Shown: one piece after another, positions 31,363 to 40,072 of the stretch
Numbering within the stretch: the stretch's first letter is position 1
How the letters are laid out: every line of letters begins with the position of its first letter
Assembly (NCBI GenBank): GCA_050174015.1
Contig: JBFXKG010000001.1
Location: 32,001-96,000 of the forward strand
DNA length: 64,000 bases
Direction of reading: 5' to 3'
Source: Candidatus Krumholzibacteriia bacterium
Lineage (GTDB): Bacteria; Krumholzibacteriota; Krumholzibacteriia; LZORAL124-64-63
Position numbers and translations under genes: made by a program
The notes under the pieces: model-generated
Database searches by the model: none
What the model saw: only the letters and a program-made list of their open reading frames with translations
Told to the model about the DNA's origin: nothing

Positions 31363-32037
31363 CTATTCGGTAAGCGAGGTTGCAGCGGGAACCGGTTGCC
31401 TGATGGCATGCCGGATGTCCAGGAAGTCCTGGATGTTCGCGATGAACAGGTCGAGCAGGGCGGGATCGAAGTGCTTTTCCCGGTTGCTCTCCAGGTGGTC
31501 GACGATCCGCTGCAGGGACCAGGCCGGGCGGTAGACCCGGGTCCGGGACAGGGCGTCGAACACGTCGCAGATGGCGGTGATGCGGCTGAAGAGGTGGGTG
31601 GTGTCCTTCCACAGCCCCTGGGGATAGCCGCCGCCGTCCCACCGCTCGTGATGCTCGAGGGCGACCCTGGCGGCCACCTGCGCGCCTGGACGCCGGCGGC
31701 TGCTCAGCAGGTGCCAGCCGATGGTGGTGTGCTCCTCCATGGCCGCCCGTTCCCCGGGGGTCAGGGGTCCCGCCTTCTGGAGGATGTTCCAGCTCACCCC
31801 GAGCTTGCCGATGTCGTGGAGCCGGGCGCTCCGGGCCAGCAGGGGAATCTCCGCGGCGGGGACCGCGGCCAGCCGACCCAGATGGGCGGCGAGTTCGGCG
31901 AGGGCGTGGACGTGCTGGGCGGTCTCCTTGGACCAGCGATGCAGGGCGGACAGGACGGGATCGTGGGGGACCTGGATCCGGGTTGCGACGGTGGCGACCT
32001 GGTCATTGGCCGGAAGGCAGGGGATCGGATGAGGCAT
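31363..32037 (-). CDS. Stand-alone HD-GYP c-di-GMP phosphodiesterase
   Basis: ETAQHV, LHDIGK, HHERWDGGGYPQGL, CDVFDAL..RVYRPAW. Confidence 0.9.
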   Translation of the reverse strand: MPHPIPCLPANDQVATVATRIQVPHDPVLSALHRWSKETAQHVHALAELAAHLGRLAAVPAAEIPLLARSARLHDIGKLGVSWNILQKAGPLTPGERAAMEEHTTIGWHLLSSRRRPGAQVAARVALEHHERWDGGGYPQGLWKDTTHLFSRITAICDVFDALSRTRVYRPAWSLQRIVDHLESNREKHFDPALLDLFIANIQDFLDIRHAIRQPVPAATSLTE

Positions 32038-32398
32038 GGCCGCGCCCTTTCGGCGAATCCTTCCGATCCAACGCCGGTCCTGGGGGAACCGTGGGTGGAT
32101 GAGGATTCACAGGGCTGTGGCCCCTGAGTGTCCCTCCTGGATCACCGGGAAACCTGTGGACGGGTATCTCAATGCGCCAGGAAGCTCCCTCATTGATCTG
32201 GCGTTTTACGCGGTATCCTTAATGCATTTCACGGGCCGTATCTGAAAAGATTTTTTTGTTGTAAATAAATAACTTAGAATTGGAGAAGCCAGAAGTCCCT
32301 TTTCGAGAATTCGAAAATCACGAAATTTCATGGAACTGGTTCGCGATATATCGTAACATAGGAACCTGCCGTGGTAGGGTATTCCCAAGGGGGGCGCC

Positions 32399-33976
32399 AT
32401 GATCGCCGACGAGCCCATTTCCGTCCTGGTCATCGATGACGACGACCTGGTCCGCAGCACCCTGGTGGCGTATCTGCAGCGCCGGGGTATGCGGGTCCAG
32501 GACGCCGAAGGGGGGGCCCAAGGTCTGGAGGTCTTCCGGGACCATGCGCCCGACGTCGTCCTTCTGGATCTCCGCATGCCGGGCATGGACGGCCTGGAGG
32601 TCCTGCGGCGCCTCAGGGAGGAGGATCCTGACCTGCCGGTCATCGTCGTCTCCGGCGCCGGGATCGTCAACGACGTGGTGGATTCGCTCAGGCTGGGGGC
32701 CTGGGACTTCCTGATCAAACCGTTCGAGGACCTCGAGATCCTGCTGCACGCGGTCCGCAACGCCACGGAACAGTCCCGCTTGAGACGGGAGAACCGCAGG
32801 TACCAGGAGGAGCTCGAGAGCCTGGTGCGCAAGCGGACCGCCCAGCTCGAGGCCGCCAACTGGGAGCTGACCTCCCTGCGGGCCCGCCTGGAGATGGAGA
32901 ACGAGTACCTTCGCGAGGAACTCTTCCCGGTGCGGGGATCGGATCTCTTCGTGGGGATCAGCCAGGGCCTGGCCAGGGTGCAGCGGCAGATCGAACAGGT
33001 CGCGCCCACCGAGGCCACGGTGCTGGTCACCGGCGAGTCGGGCACGGGCAAGGAGCTGGTGGCCCGCGCCCTGCATCTGAAGAGCGCCCGCCGGGATCGC
33101 CCCCTGATCAAGGTCAACTGCGCCTCCGTTCCCAGGGAGCTGTTCGAGAGCGAGTTCTTCGGTCACGTCAAGGGATCGTACACGGGCGCCGTCCAGGATC
33201 GCGTGGGCCGCTTCCAGCTGGCCCACCAGGGGACCCTGTTCCTGGACGAGGTGGCGGAGATCCCCGGCGAACTCCAGGTCAAGCTGCTGCGGGTCCTGCA
33301 GGAGGGGGAGTTCGAACGGGTGGGAGAGGGCATGACCAGGACCGTGGACGTCAGGGTCATCGCCGCGACCAACCGCGACCTTGTGCAGGAGATCGCCGCC
33401 GGGCGGTTCCGGGAGGACCTCTACTACAGGCTGAACGTCTTCCCCATCGTCATCCCCCCGCTGAGGGAACGCAAGGACGACATCCCGCCCCTGGTCCAGC
33501 ACTTCCTGACCCAGGCCTGCCGCAAGTTCGGTCGCTCGGAAACGCCGCTGAAGATCAGACACGTCGTCGAGATGCAGGGCTACGACTGGCCGGGGAACGT
33601 GCGGGAACTCCAGAACTTCATCGAGCGGGCGGTGATCACCTCGTCCCCGGGATCCCTGAGAATCGACCTGGAGGGGCGGCGATCGGCCTTGGCGCAGGAT
33701 GCGGAAGCAGGCCGGCCGACCGGCAGGGCGGCCGGCGTCGACGCCGGCGGGGAAACCGTCTCTGCGCCGGAACCCCGGGAGGGCATCCTGACCGAGGCCG
33801 AGATGAAGGCCCGGGAGCGGGCGAACATCATCCGGGCGTTGCAGGCGTGCGGCTGGCAGGTTTCCGGCCCCACCGGCGCCGCCCGGCTTTTGGGCGTCAA
33901 GTCCTCGACCCTGACCTCCCGGATGAAGGTCATGAACATCGAGAAACCGCGGCGTGCGGCCGAGGGCAAGGCATGA
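32399..33976 (+). CDS. Sigma-54-dependent response regulator (REC-AAA+-HTH)
   Basis: VIDDD/LDLRMP receiver; GESGTGKE, GSYTGA, LFLDEV, AATNRDL, WPGNVRELQN; C-terminal HTH. Confidence 0.93.
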   Translation: MIADEPISVLVIDDDDLVRSTLVAYLQRRGMRVQDAEGGAQGLEVFRDHAPDVVLLDLRMPGMDGLEVLRRLREEDPDLPVIVVSGAGIVNDVVDSLRLGAWDFLIKPFEDLEILLHAVRNATEQSRLRRENRRYQEELESLVRKRTAQLEAANWELTSLRARLEMENEYLREELFPVRGSDLFVGISQGLARVQRQIEQVAPTEATVLVTGESGTGKELVARALHLKSARRDRPLIKVNCASVPRELFESEFFGHVKGSYTGAVQDRVGRFQLAHQGTLFLDEVAEIPGELQVKLLRVLQEGEFERVGEGMTRTVDVRVIAATNRDLVQEIAAGRFREDLYYRLNVFPIVIPPLRERKDDIPPLVQHFLTQACRKFGRSETPLKIRHVVEMQGYDWPGNVRELQNFIERAVITSSPGSLRIDLEGRRSALAQDAEAGRPTGRAAGVDAGGETVSAPEPREGILTEAEMKARERANIIRALQACGWQVSGPTGAARLLGVKSSTLTSRMKVMNIEKPRRAAEGKA

Positions 33977-34296
33977 CCGGGAACGGGAACCCGGAACCCG
34001 ACGATGCGGTACCCCTGCCCATCGACGGGACTCTCGACCTGCACGCGTTCTCCCCGAAGGACGTCAAGGATCTGATTCCCGATTATATTGACGAATGTCT
34101 CGCCGCGGGCATCCTGGACCTGCGCATCATCCACGGCAAGGGGGTCGGGGTCCTGCGCACCATCGTCCAGGGGATCCTCGCCGCGCATCCGGCCGTCGAG
34201 AGCTTCGGTCATCCCGGGGACGGCGGGTCGTGGGGGGCGACGGTCGTCCGCCTGCGGGACTCCGCAGCCACGGATTCAGGACGGAACGGACGCTAG
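33973..34296 (+). CDS. Smr/MutS-related small protein
   Basis: LDLHAF, RIIHGKGVGVLR, GSWGATVV. Confidence 0.85.
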   Translation: MTGNGNPEPDDAVPLPIDGTLDLHAFSPKDVKDLIPDYIDECLAAGILDLRIIHGKGVGVLRTIVQGILAAHPAVESFGHPGDGGSWGATVVRLRDSAATDSGRNGR

Positions 34297-34297
34297 C

Positions 34298-34693
34298 ATG
34301 GGACGGTTCAAGGCGCGGCGCAAAGGACAGGGCGGAGAGGGCCCGCCCAGCAAGGGCATGCGCCGCTCCATCCGCTTCGACGCCGAGCAGGAGTGGCCCG
34401 AGGGCCGGCCGCCCGGTCGGGCGCCGGACGCGCCGCCGGCGATCCTGCTGCGCCTGCTGCCCCTCGAGGAGGCGCTGCACCGTCTGGCCACCCAGCTGAG
34501 GGCCTATGCGGGGCAGGGGTGCGGCGAGGTCCTGGTGGTCCACGGCAAGGGCTCGAATTCGCGGGGCGGGGTGTCGGTCCTGGGGCCGGCCGTGCGCGAG
34601 TGGTGCAGCCGGAACGTGGACGTGGTGGCGTCCTGGCGGGAGGCCCCCGGCAAGTGGGGCGGCGCCGGCGCCATCGTGGTGACCCTGCGGTGA
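34298..34693 (+). CDS. Second Smr-domain protein
   Basis: VLVVHGKGSNS..VLGPAVREW..GGAGAIVV. Confidence 0.75.
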   Translation: MGRFKARRKGQGGEGPPSKGMRRSIRFDAEQEWPEGRPPGRAPDAPPAILLRLLPLEEALHRLATQLRAYAGQGCGEVLVVHGKGSNSRGGVSVLGPAVREWCSRNVDVVASWREAPGKWGGAGAIVVTLR

Positions 34694-34709
34694 GAGGACG
34701 ACCGGGCAG

Positions 34710-35504
34710 ATGACCATCGATCACATCCGACCTGCTGATGAGGGTCCCCATCGGCCCGGCCCCGAGCGGGGCTTCCTGGCCGGCCGAACCGCGCTGGTGA
34801 CCGGCGGGGCCCGGAGGATCGGCCGCGCCTTGGCCCTCGCCCTGGCGGGGGAGGGGGCTGTTGTCGTGCTGCATTATCGCCGTTCGGGAGCCGACGCCCG
34901 GGATACCGCGGCGGCCATCGAGGACCGAGGCGGGGTGTGCCGGCTGGTCGCCGGCGACCTGGCCGAGGCGGCCGTGGCCGGGGAATTGCCGGCCAGGGCC
35001 GAGGCGGTCGCGGGGGCGCCCATCGACATCCTCGTCAACAACGCCTCGATCTTCGGACCGGGCGAGGCCCTGGAGACCGACGCCGGAACCTGGGACCTCC
35101 ACCAGGCGGTGAATCTCCGCGCTCCGTTCATCCTCGCGCGGGAGATGGCCCGCCGCTTGCCCGCAGGGAGGCCGGGCGACGTCATCAACCTCAACGACAT
35201 CCGGGCTCTCAAGCCGGGAAGCGACCACTTCCCGTACACGATCAGCAAAGTGGGGTTGCACGGCCTGACGCGCAGCCTGGCCCTGGCCCTGGCGCCGCAC
35301 GTCCGGGTGAACGAACTGATGCTGGGCTCGATCCTGCCCCCGGAGGGCGGGGATGCGGGCTACGTGCACATGCCCGTGGATGCGATCCCCACGCGGCGCT
35401 TCGACACGCCGGTGGAGGTATGCCGGGGCATGCTGGCCCTTCTGGCCAATCCGGCGATGACCGGGCAATCGATCTGCATCGACGGCGGCAGCCACCTGCT
35501 CTGA
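34710..35504 (+). CDS. SDR oxidoreductase (pteridine reductase/FolM-like)
   Basis: TGGARRIG, LHYRRS, LVNNASIF, YTISK. Confidence 0.85.
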   Translation: MTIDHIRPADEGPHRPGPERGFLAGRTALVTGGARRIGRALALALAGEGAVVVLHYRRSGADARDTAAAIEDRGGVCRLVAGDLAEAAVAGELPARAEAVAGAPIDILVNNASIFGPGEALETDAGTWDLHQAVNLRAPFILAREMARRLPAGRPGDVINLNDIRALKPGSDHFPYTISKVGLHGLTRSLALALAPHVRVNELMLGSILPPEGGDAGYVHMPVDAIPTRRFDTPVEVCRGMLALLANPAMTGQSICIDGGSHLL

Positions 35505-35514
35505 GGAGTCCGAT

Positions 35515-35913
35515 ATGTCCCGATTGAAGAAGACGCTCATCGTGGTCGGAGACCGGCTGCTCGTGCGGCCCGAGGACGGCGAGGAGCGGACCAACGCCGG
35601 TCTCTATCTGCCTCAGACCGCCGTCTCGGCCCGCCAGGCCCAGGGCGGCTGGGTGGTGAACGTGGGGCCGGGCATGCCGGTGGCCCAGGTGCTCGACTTC
35701 GACGACGACCCCTTCGGCGATGGGGTGGCGCCGCCCCGCTACGTGCCGATGCAGGCCCAGGAAGGCGACTACTGCCTGTTCCTGAAGAAGGCCGCGGTCG
35801 AGATCACCTTCGAGAAGAAGAATTATCTGATCGTGCCCAATTCGGCCGTTCTGGTCCTGATGCGGGAGGATTTCGACACCGAAGCGGCGGAATGGTCGGG
35901 AAACAGCAACTGA
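35515..35913 (+). CDS. GroES-family co-chaperonin (stand-alone)
   Basis: GDRLLVRP..RTNAGLYLP..VVNVGPG..YLIV. Confidence 0.8.
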   Translation: MSRLKKTLIVVGDRLLVRPEDGEERTNAGLYLPQTAVSARQAQGGWVVNVGPGMPVAQVLDFDDDPFGDGVAPPRYVPMQAQEGDYCLFLKKAAVEITFEKKNYLIVPNSAVLVLMREDFDTEAAEWSGNSN

Positions 35914-36244
35914 CCGTCTGATCCGTTTCGGAACTTCGCCCGCATGCCCCCTGGTCGTATCCTGGACTGGATTTTGCGTATTTTTTGCCGTGATCAGGGA
36001 GGACGCGGCACATGGCAGATGATCCCATCAACACGCCTATACAACATTGCGGCCCGCTGCCACCCGCGCCACGGGAGATTCCGAGGGATCGGGACCAGCA
36101 ACCGAGAACCAGGACGAAAAGAGAATCAAATTCATAAAATGTTATTGCGCATTCAATTGCGGGGAATTGGCACGTTCCCTATTTTTACCTGGCCCTGATC
36201 GAATTCGCATGGAAGTCCCGGCGTCATCTGGAGGGGATGCACCC

Positions 36245-37735
36245 GTGAACACCGCCGACAATGAAAGCGTCATCCGGCGACTCTACGAGATCTCCGCAGA
36301 GTACTCCGCGGGGTTTTCCGCCCAGATCCAGGCCATGCTCCAGGTGGGGCTGGAACGGTTCGGGCTGGACATCGGCATCCTTTCCCGCATCCGCGGAGAC
36401 CGCTTCGAATTGCTCCATGTCCGGGGAAATCCCGATTTCAACCTGAAGCAGGGGACGATCCTGCCCCTCGGGGAGACCTACGGCAAGGTCTGCCTGTCAG
36501 CCGGCGCTCCCATCGGGATGAGCGACCTGTCCGCCGAGGGTTACCGCGAAGATCCAGCCTACGACCGCTGGGGCCTGGAGGCATACCTGGGAGTCCCCGT
36601 GACGGTGGACGGGGAGATCTACGGGACCCTGAGCTTCTCCAGCCCCAATGCCCGCCCCGTCCCCTTCACTCGGAGCGACCTGGACATCCTGGGCTTGATG
36701 GCGTCCTGGCTGGGATCGGAGATTTCCCGGCGGGAGAAGGAAGAGGCCCTGCGGAAGGCCGAGGAGAGCTTCCGCAAGGGTATCGAGGCATCTCCTGCGG
36801 GCATGATCATGGTGGACCAGCGGGGAGCGATCACCTACGCCAACAGGCAGGCCCTGGCCATGTTCGATTACGATTTCGCCGAGCTGCTGGGCACCTCGAT
36901 CGAGGTGCTGGTGCAGGATTCGGTGCGGGGCGAACACGTCCGCCGGCGCGAGGATTACATGGAGGCCGCCGCGGCCCGGGAGATGGGCAAGGGCCGCCAC
37001 CTGGACGGTCGCCGGAAGGACGGCATGGTCTTTCCGGTGGAGGTGGGACTGAATCCCCTCGACACCCCCTACGGCACCTACATCCTGTGCACCGTCCTGG
37101 ATCTGACCGAACGCCGGAAATTCGAGGAGCAGATCCTCGAAAAGACGCGCAAGCTGCAGGAAACGAACCGGGCCCTCGCCGAGCAGGCCCTGCGGGACAG
37201 CCTGACCGGGCTGGCCAACCGCCGTGGACTGTTCGCGCAGACGGAATCCATCCTGCGCCTGGCCCGCCGGGGAAACCACCCCACCTCGCTGCTGATGCTG
37301 GACGTGGACCACTTCAAGGAATTCAACGACGCCCACGGCCACCTGGCGGGGGACGAGGCGCTCAAGGCGGTGGCCGGGGTCCTGGGGGAGGCTGCCAGGC
37401 GGTCGGATGTCGTCGCCCGCTACGGGGGCGAGGAATTCGTGATCCTGTTGCCCGAGACGGGCGCGGCAGGGGCTCGGGACGTGGCGGAGCGAATCAGGAC
37501 CCGGGTGGCCGCCCTCGGCGGACTGCCGCGGCCGCTGACCGCCAGCATCGGGGTGGCGACCCTGGGGACCGGCTTCCCCGACGAGGACGACGTCCGGGGA
37601 AAGACCGACCTTCTCCTGCACATGGCCGACGAAGCCCTGTATCTGGCCAAGGAGAACGGGAGGAACAGGGTGGAGACCGCTCCCGAGGAACAGAAGGACC
37701 CCGAAGACGGGGTCCCCTGGCCGAATCCACGCTAG
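36245..37735 (+). CDS. GAF-PAS-GGDEF diguanylate cyclase
   Basis: AYLGVP..YGTLSF GAF; PAS; DSLTGLANRR, DVDHFK.FND..GHLAGD, RRSD (RxxD I-site), RYGGEEF; alternative start 36209. Confidence 0.9.
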   Translation: MNTADNESVIRRLYEISAEYSAGFSAQIQAMLQVGLERFGLDIGILSRIRGDRFELLHVRGNPDFNLKQGTILPLGETYGKVCLSAGAPIGMSDLSAEGYREDPAYDRWGLEAYLGVPVTVDGEIYGTLSFSSPNARPVPFTRSDLDILGLMASWLGSEISRREKEEALRKAEESFRKGIEASPAGMIMVDQRGAITYANRQALAMFDYDFAELLGTSIEVLVQDSVRGEHVRRREDYMEAAAAREMGKGRHLDGRRKDGMVFPVEVGLNPLDTPYGTYILCTVLDLTERRKFEEQILEKTRKLQETNRALAEQALRDSLTGLANRRGLFAQTESILRLARRGNHPTSLLMLDVDHFKEFNDAHGHLAGDEALKAVAGVLGEAARRSDVVARYGGEEFVILLPETGAAGARDVAERIRTRVAALGGLPRPLTASIGVATLGTGFPDEDDVRGKTDLLLHMADEALYLAKENGRNRVETAPEEQKDPEDGVPWPNPR

Positions 37736-37798
37736 CGCCCGTCCGGGAGATCGCCTGGTGGGCCAGGCGCCCGAAGCCCCTCGCCGCAGGGACCGGGA

Positions 37799-39892
37799 CT
37801 AGATCTCCAGCAACTCCCTATCTTCCCACTGGAACTCAGGCTCGGAGTCGGGGGTGACGCCCGCCTGCTTGCTGGATTTCCGGGGCCGTCCAGGCCGGGA
37901 TGCCCCGGTCGAGCCGCGTGTGCCCGCGTGGACGACACGGCCTCCGACGATCCGCTGCAATTCGACCACGAGATCCTTCAGTTCCTGGGCCTGGGAGGAG
38001 AGCTCCTCGCTGGCCGAGGCCGATTCCTCGGCGCTGGCGGCGTTGCCCTGGGTCACCTGGTCCATCTGGTTCACCGCGGCGCTGATCTGTTCAAGACCCT
38101 GGGCCTGCTCGACGCTGGCGCCGGCCACGTTTTCGACCAGGGCGCCGACCGACCGGACACCCTCGGCGATCCGGCGGAGCAGGGTCTCCACTTCCTGACT
38201 CGCAGCCACCCCGTTGGCGGCCCGGACGGACGAATTCTGGATCAGCTCATCGGTGGTTTTCGCAGCTTCGGCGGATCGCTGGGCAAGATTGCGCACTTCC
38301 TCGGCCACCACGGCGAAACCCTTGCCGGCGTCACCGGCGCGGGCCGCTTCGACGGCGGCATTCAGGGCCAGCAGATTGGTCTGGAAGGCGATCTCGTCGA
38401 TGGTCTTGATGATCTTGGCCGTCTCGTCGCTGCTGGCCTTGATCTCGTGGATCGCTCCGGTCATCCGCTCCATCGCCTCGACCCCGCGCTCGGCGCCGCC
38501 CTCGGTCTCCCCGCTGGTGGAGTTGGCCTGCTTGGCGCTGGCGGCGTTCTGTTTCGTCATGGCGGCCAGTTCCTGCAACGATGCGGAGGCCTCCTGCAGG
38601 CTGCCGGCCTGCTCGGTGGTTCCTTCGGCGAGTTGCAGACTGGTCGCGGCGATCTGGGTGGAGGAGGAGGCAACGGACTGGGCCGCGACGCCGAGGCGCT
38701 GGACCACGCCACCGATGCCGTTGCCGATGTTGCGGGCGGTGACCCACCAGACGACCGAAGCCATGATCACGGTGATCAGGGTGACCAGCGAGATGATGAT
38801 CAGTTTCTGCCGGGTGGCGTCCGCCAATCGCGTCTCGGCCGCCCGGAATTCATCCTCGTAGCTGCCGACGCCGATGATCCAGTCCCAGGGTTCGAAGTAC
38901 TTCAACCGGGTGACCTTCATACGGGCGTCGGCATCACCCTGGTTCTTCCAGGGATACTTCTGTTCAGCGATTTGACCGGGGCCGAGGACCTTGGCCTTCC
39001 GGATGATCTCCTGGATGAAGAGGTTCCCGTCGGAGTCCTTGGCTTCCCGGATGTTCTCGCCGTCGCGTTTGCCGCCCTGGGAAATCACGTAGTTTCCCTC
39101 GCTGTCCAGGACGAAGACGTAACCCGACTCTCCCACGCGCGTGGCCATGATGGATTCGCGCATCGCGCTCGTGCCCTCCACCGGAACGCCGACGTAGAGG
39201 ACGCCCACCACCTCGTGCCGGTCGTTTCGAATGGGCTCGTAGGCGGTGATGTACCAGCGGTTCACGACGAAGGCGCGGCCCCGGAAGGTCTTGCCCGCAA
39301 GGACGGCGGCCAGGACCGGGTTCGGTGAACCGTCGGGATTGGTCGCGGGAATGTAGGTTCCGATGGCCCGGGTGCCGTCCGTCTTCAGGACGTTGGTCGC
39401 CACGCGCAGCATGTCGCCCCGGGGATTCATCCTCTGGAAGATGGTGCAGGTGCTTCCCTGGACGTCCTGGAGTTCGTCCACCACCGGGGTTCGCTCGCCC
39501 GGCTGGCGGTGCTGTCCGAGCCAGGTGTCGCCGACCGCCATCTTCGGCAAGTCGACCTCCACGGACTTCTTGGTGAACTGGTCGACCGCCTGCCAGCTGA
39601 CGGTTTCCTCGGTGAAGCCGATCGGCCCGGCGTCGGCGATGAGCTTGCGCGCGACCTTGAGACCGGAATCCACCTTGTCCTGGACGAGGTATTGCTGGGC
39701 GACGCACATGTTGTAGACGCCCTCGGCAACGTGGTCGAGGTCCTGGACGGCCAGCTTGAGGCACTCTTCGGTCGCTCCGGCCTTGCTCTTTCCTTCCTGG
39801 AAGTAGACGACCCCGAAGACCGCCAGCAGGGGGATCAGGGTGAAGGTGACGCCGAGAAGGAGCAGCCTGGTCTTCAAGGTCAATGAGGTCAT
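37799..39892 (-). CDS. Methyl-accepting chemotaxis protein with Cache sensor domains
   Basis: [57 protein letters not shown]ache region. Confidence 0.93.
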   Translation of the reverse strand: MTSLTLKTRLLLLGVTFTLIPLLAVFGVVYFQEGKSKAGATEECLKLAVQDLDHVAEGVYNMCVAQQYLVQDKVDSGLKVARKLIADAGPIGFTEETVSWQAVDQFTKKSVEVDLPKMAVGDTWLGQHRQPGERTPVVDELQDVQGSTCTIFQRMNPRGDMLRVATNVLKTDGTRAIGTYIPATNPDGSPNPVLAAVLAGKTFRGRAFVVNRWYITAYEPIRNDRHEVVGVLYVGVPVEGTSAMRESIMATRVGESGYVFVLDSEGNYVISQGGKRDGENIREAKDSDGNLFIQEIIRKAKVLGPGQIAEQKYPWKNQGDADARMKVTRLKYFEPWDWIIGVGSYEDEFRAAETRLADATRQKLIIISLVTLITVIMASVVWWVTARNIGNGIGGVVQRLGVAAQSVASSSTQIAATSLQLAEGTTEQAGSLQEASASLQELAAMTKQNAASAKQANSTSGETEGGAERGVEAMERMTGAIHEIKASSDETAKIIKTIDEIAFQTNLLALNAAVEAARAGDAGKGFAVVAEEVRNLAQRSAEAAKTTDELIQNSSVRAANGVAASQEVETLLRRIAEGVRSVGALVENVAGASVEQAQGLEQISAAVNQMDQVTQGNAASAEESASASEELSSQAQELKDLVVELQRIVGGRVVHAGTRGSTGASRPGRPRKSSKQAGVTPDSEPEFQWEDRELLEI

Positions 39893-40026
39893 GGGTCGAC
39901 TCCGGTGGTTCGTGGGGGCCGGGGCCAATCGGGACGAGTGACACCACCTGGGCGAAAACTCCCCGATTCGGGACCAATTCTGATATTTGGTGATCGGCAG
40001 GGGGATGGGTTGCTTGAGCGGGAATG

Positions 40027-40054
40027 CGGGGAGGGGGCCGATTCCCCCTCCCCG
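40027..40054 (-). terminator. Stem-loop downstream of the S9 peptidase gene
   Basis: CGGGGAGGGGG-ccgatt-CCCCCTCCCCG. Confidence 0.5.
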
Positions 40055-40072
40055 GGCCTGGGGGCTAACCGG

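Noticed and set aside
32240..32350. AT-rich tracts (also near 2800-2930, 42800-42990, 60400-60500) as foreign DNA
   Set aside because: Short, intergenic and upstream of genes; best explained as promoter regions.
35515..35913. Assigning the symbol groS
   Set aside because: Divergent, longer than canonical GroES and not next to groEL; kept as family-level only.
36165..36190. Sigma-54 promoter (TGGCACG) upstream of the diguanylate cyclase
   Set aside because: The -24 element is present but the -12 GC is missing at the required spacing.
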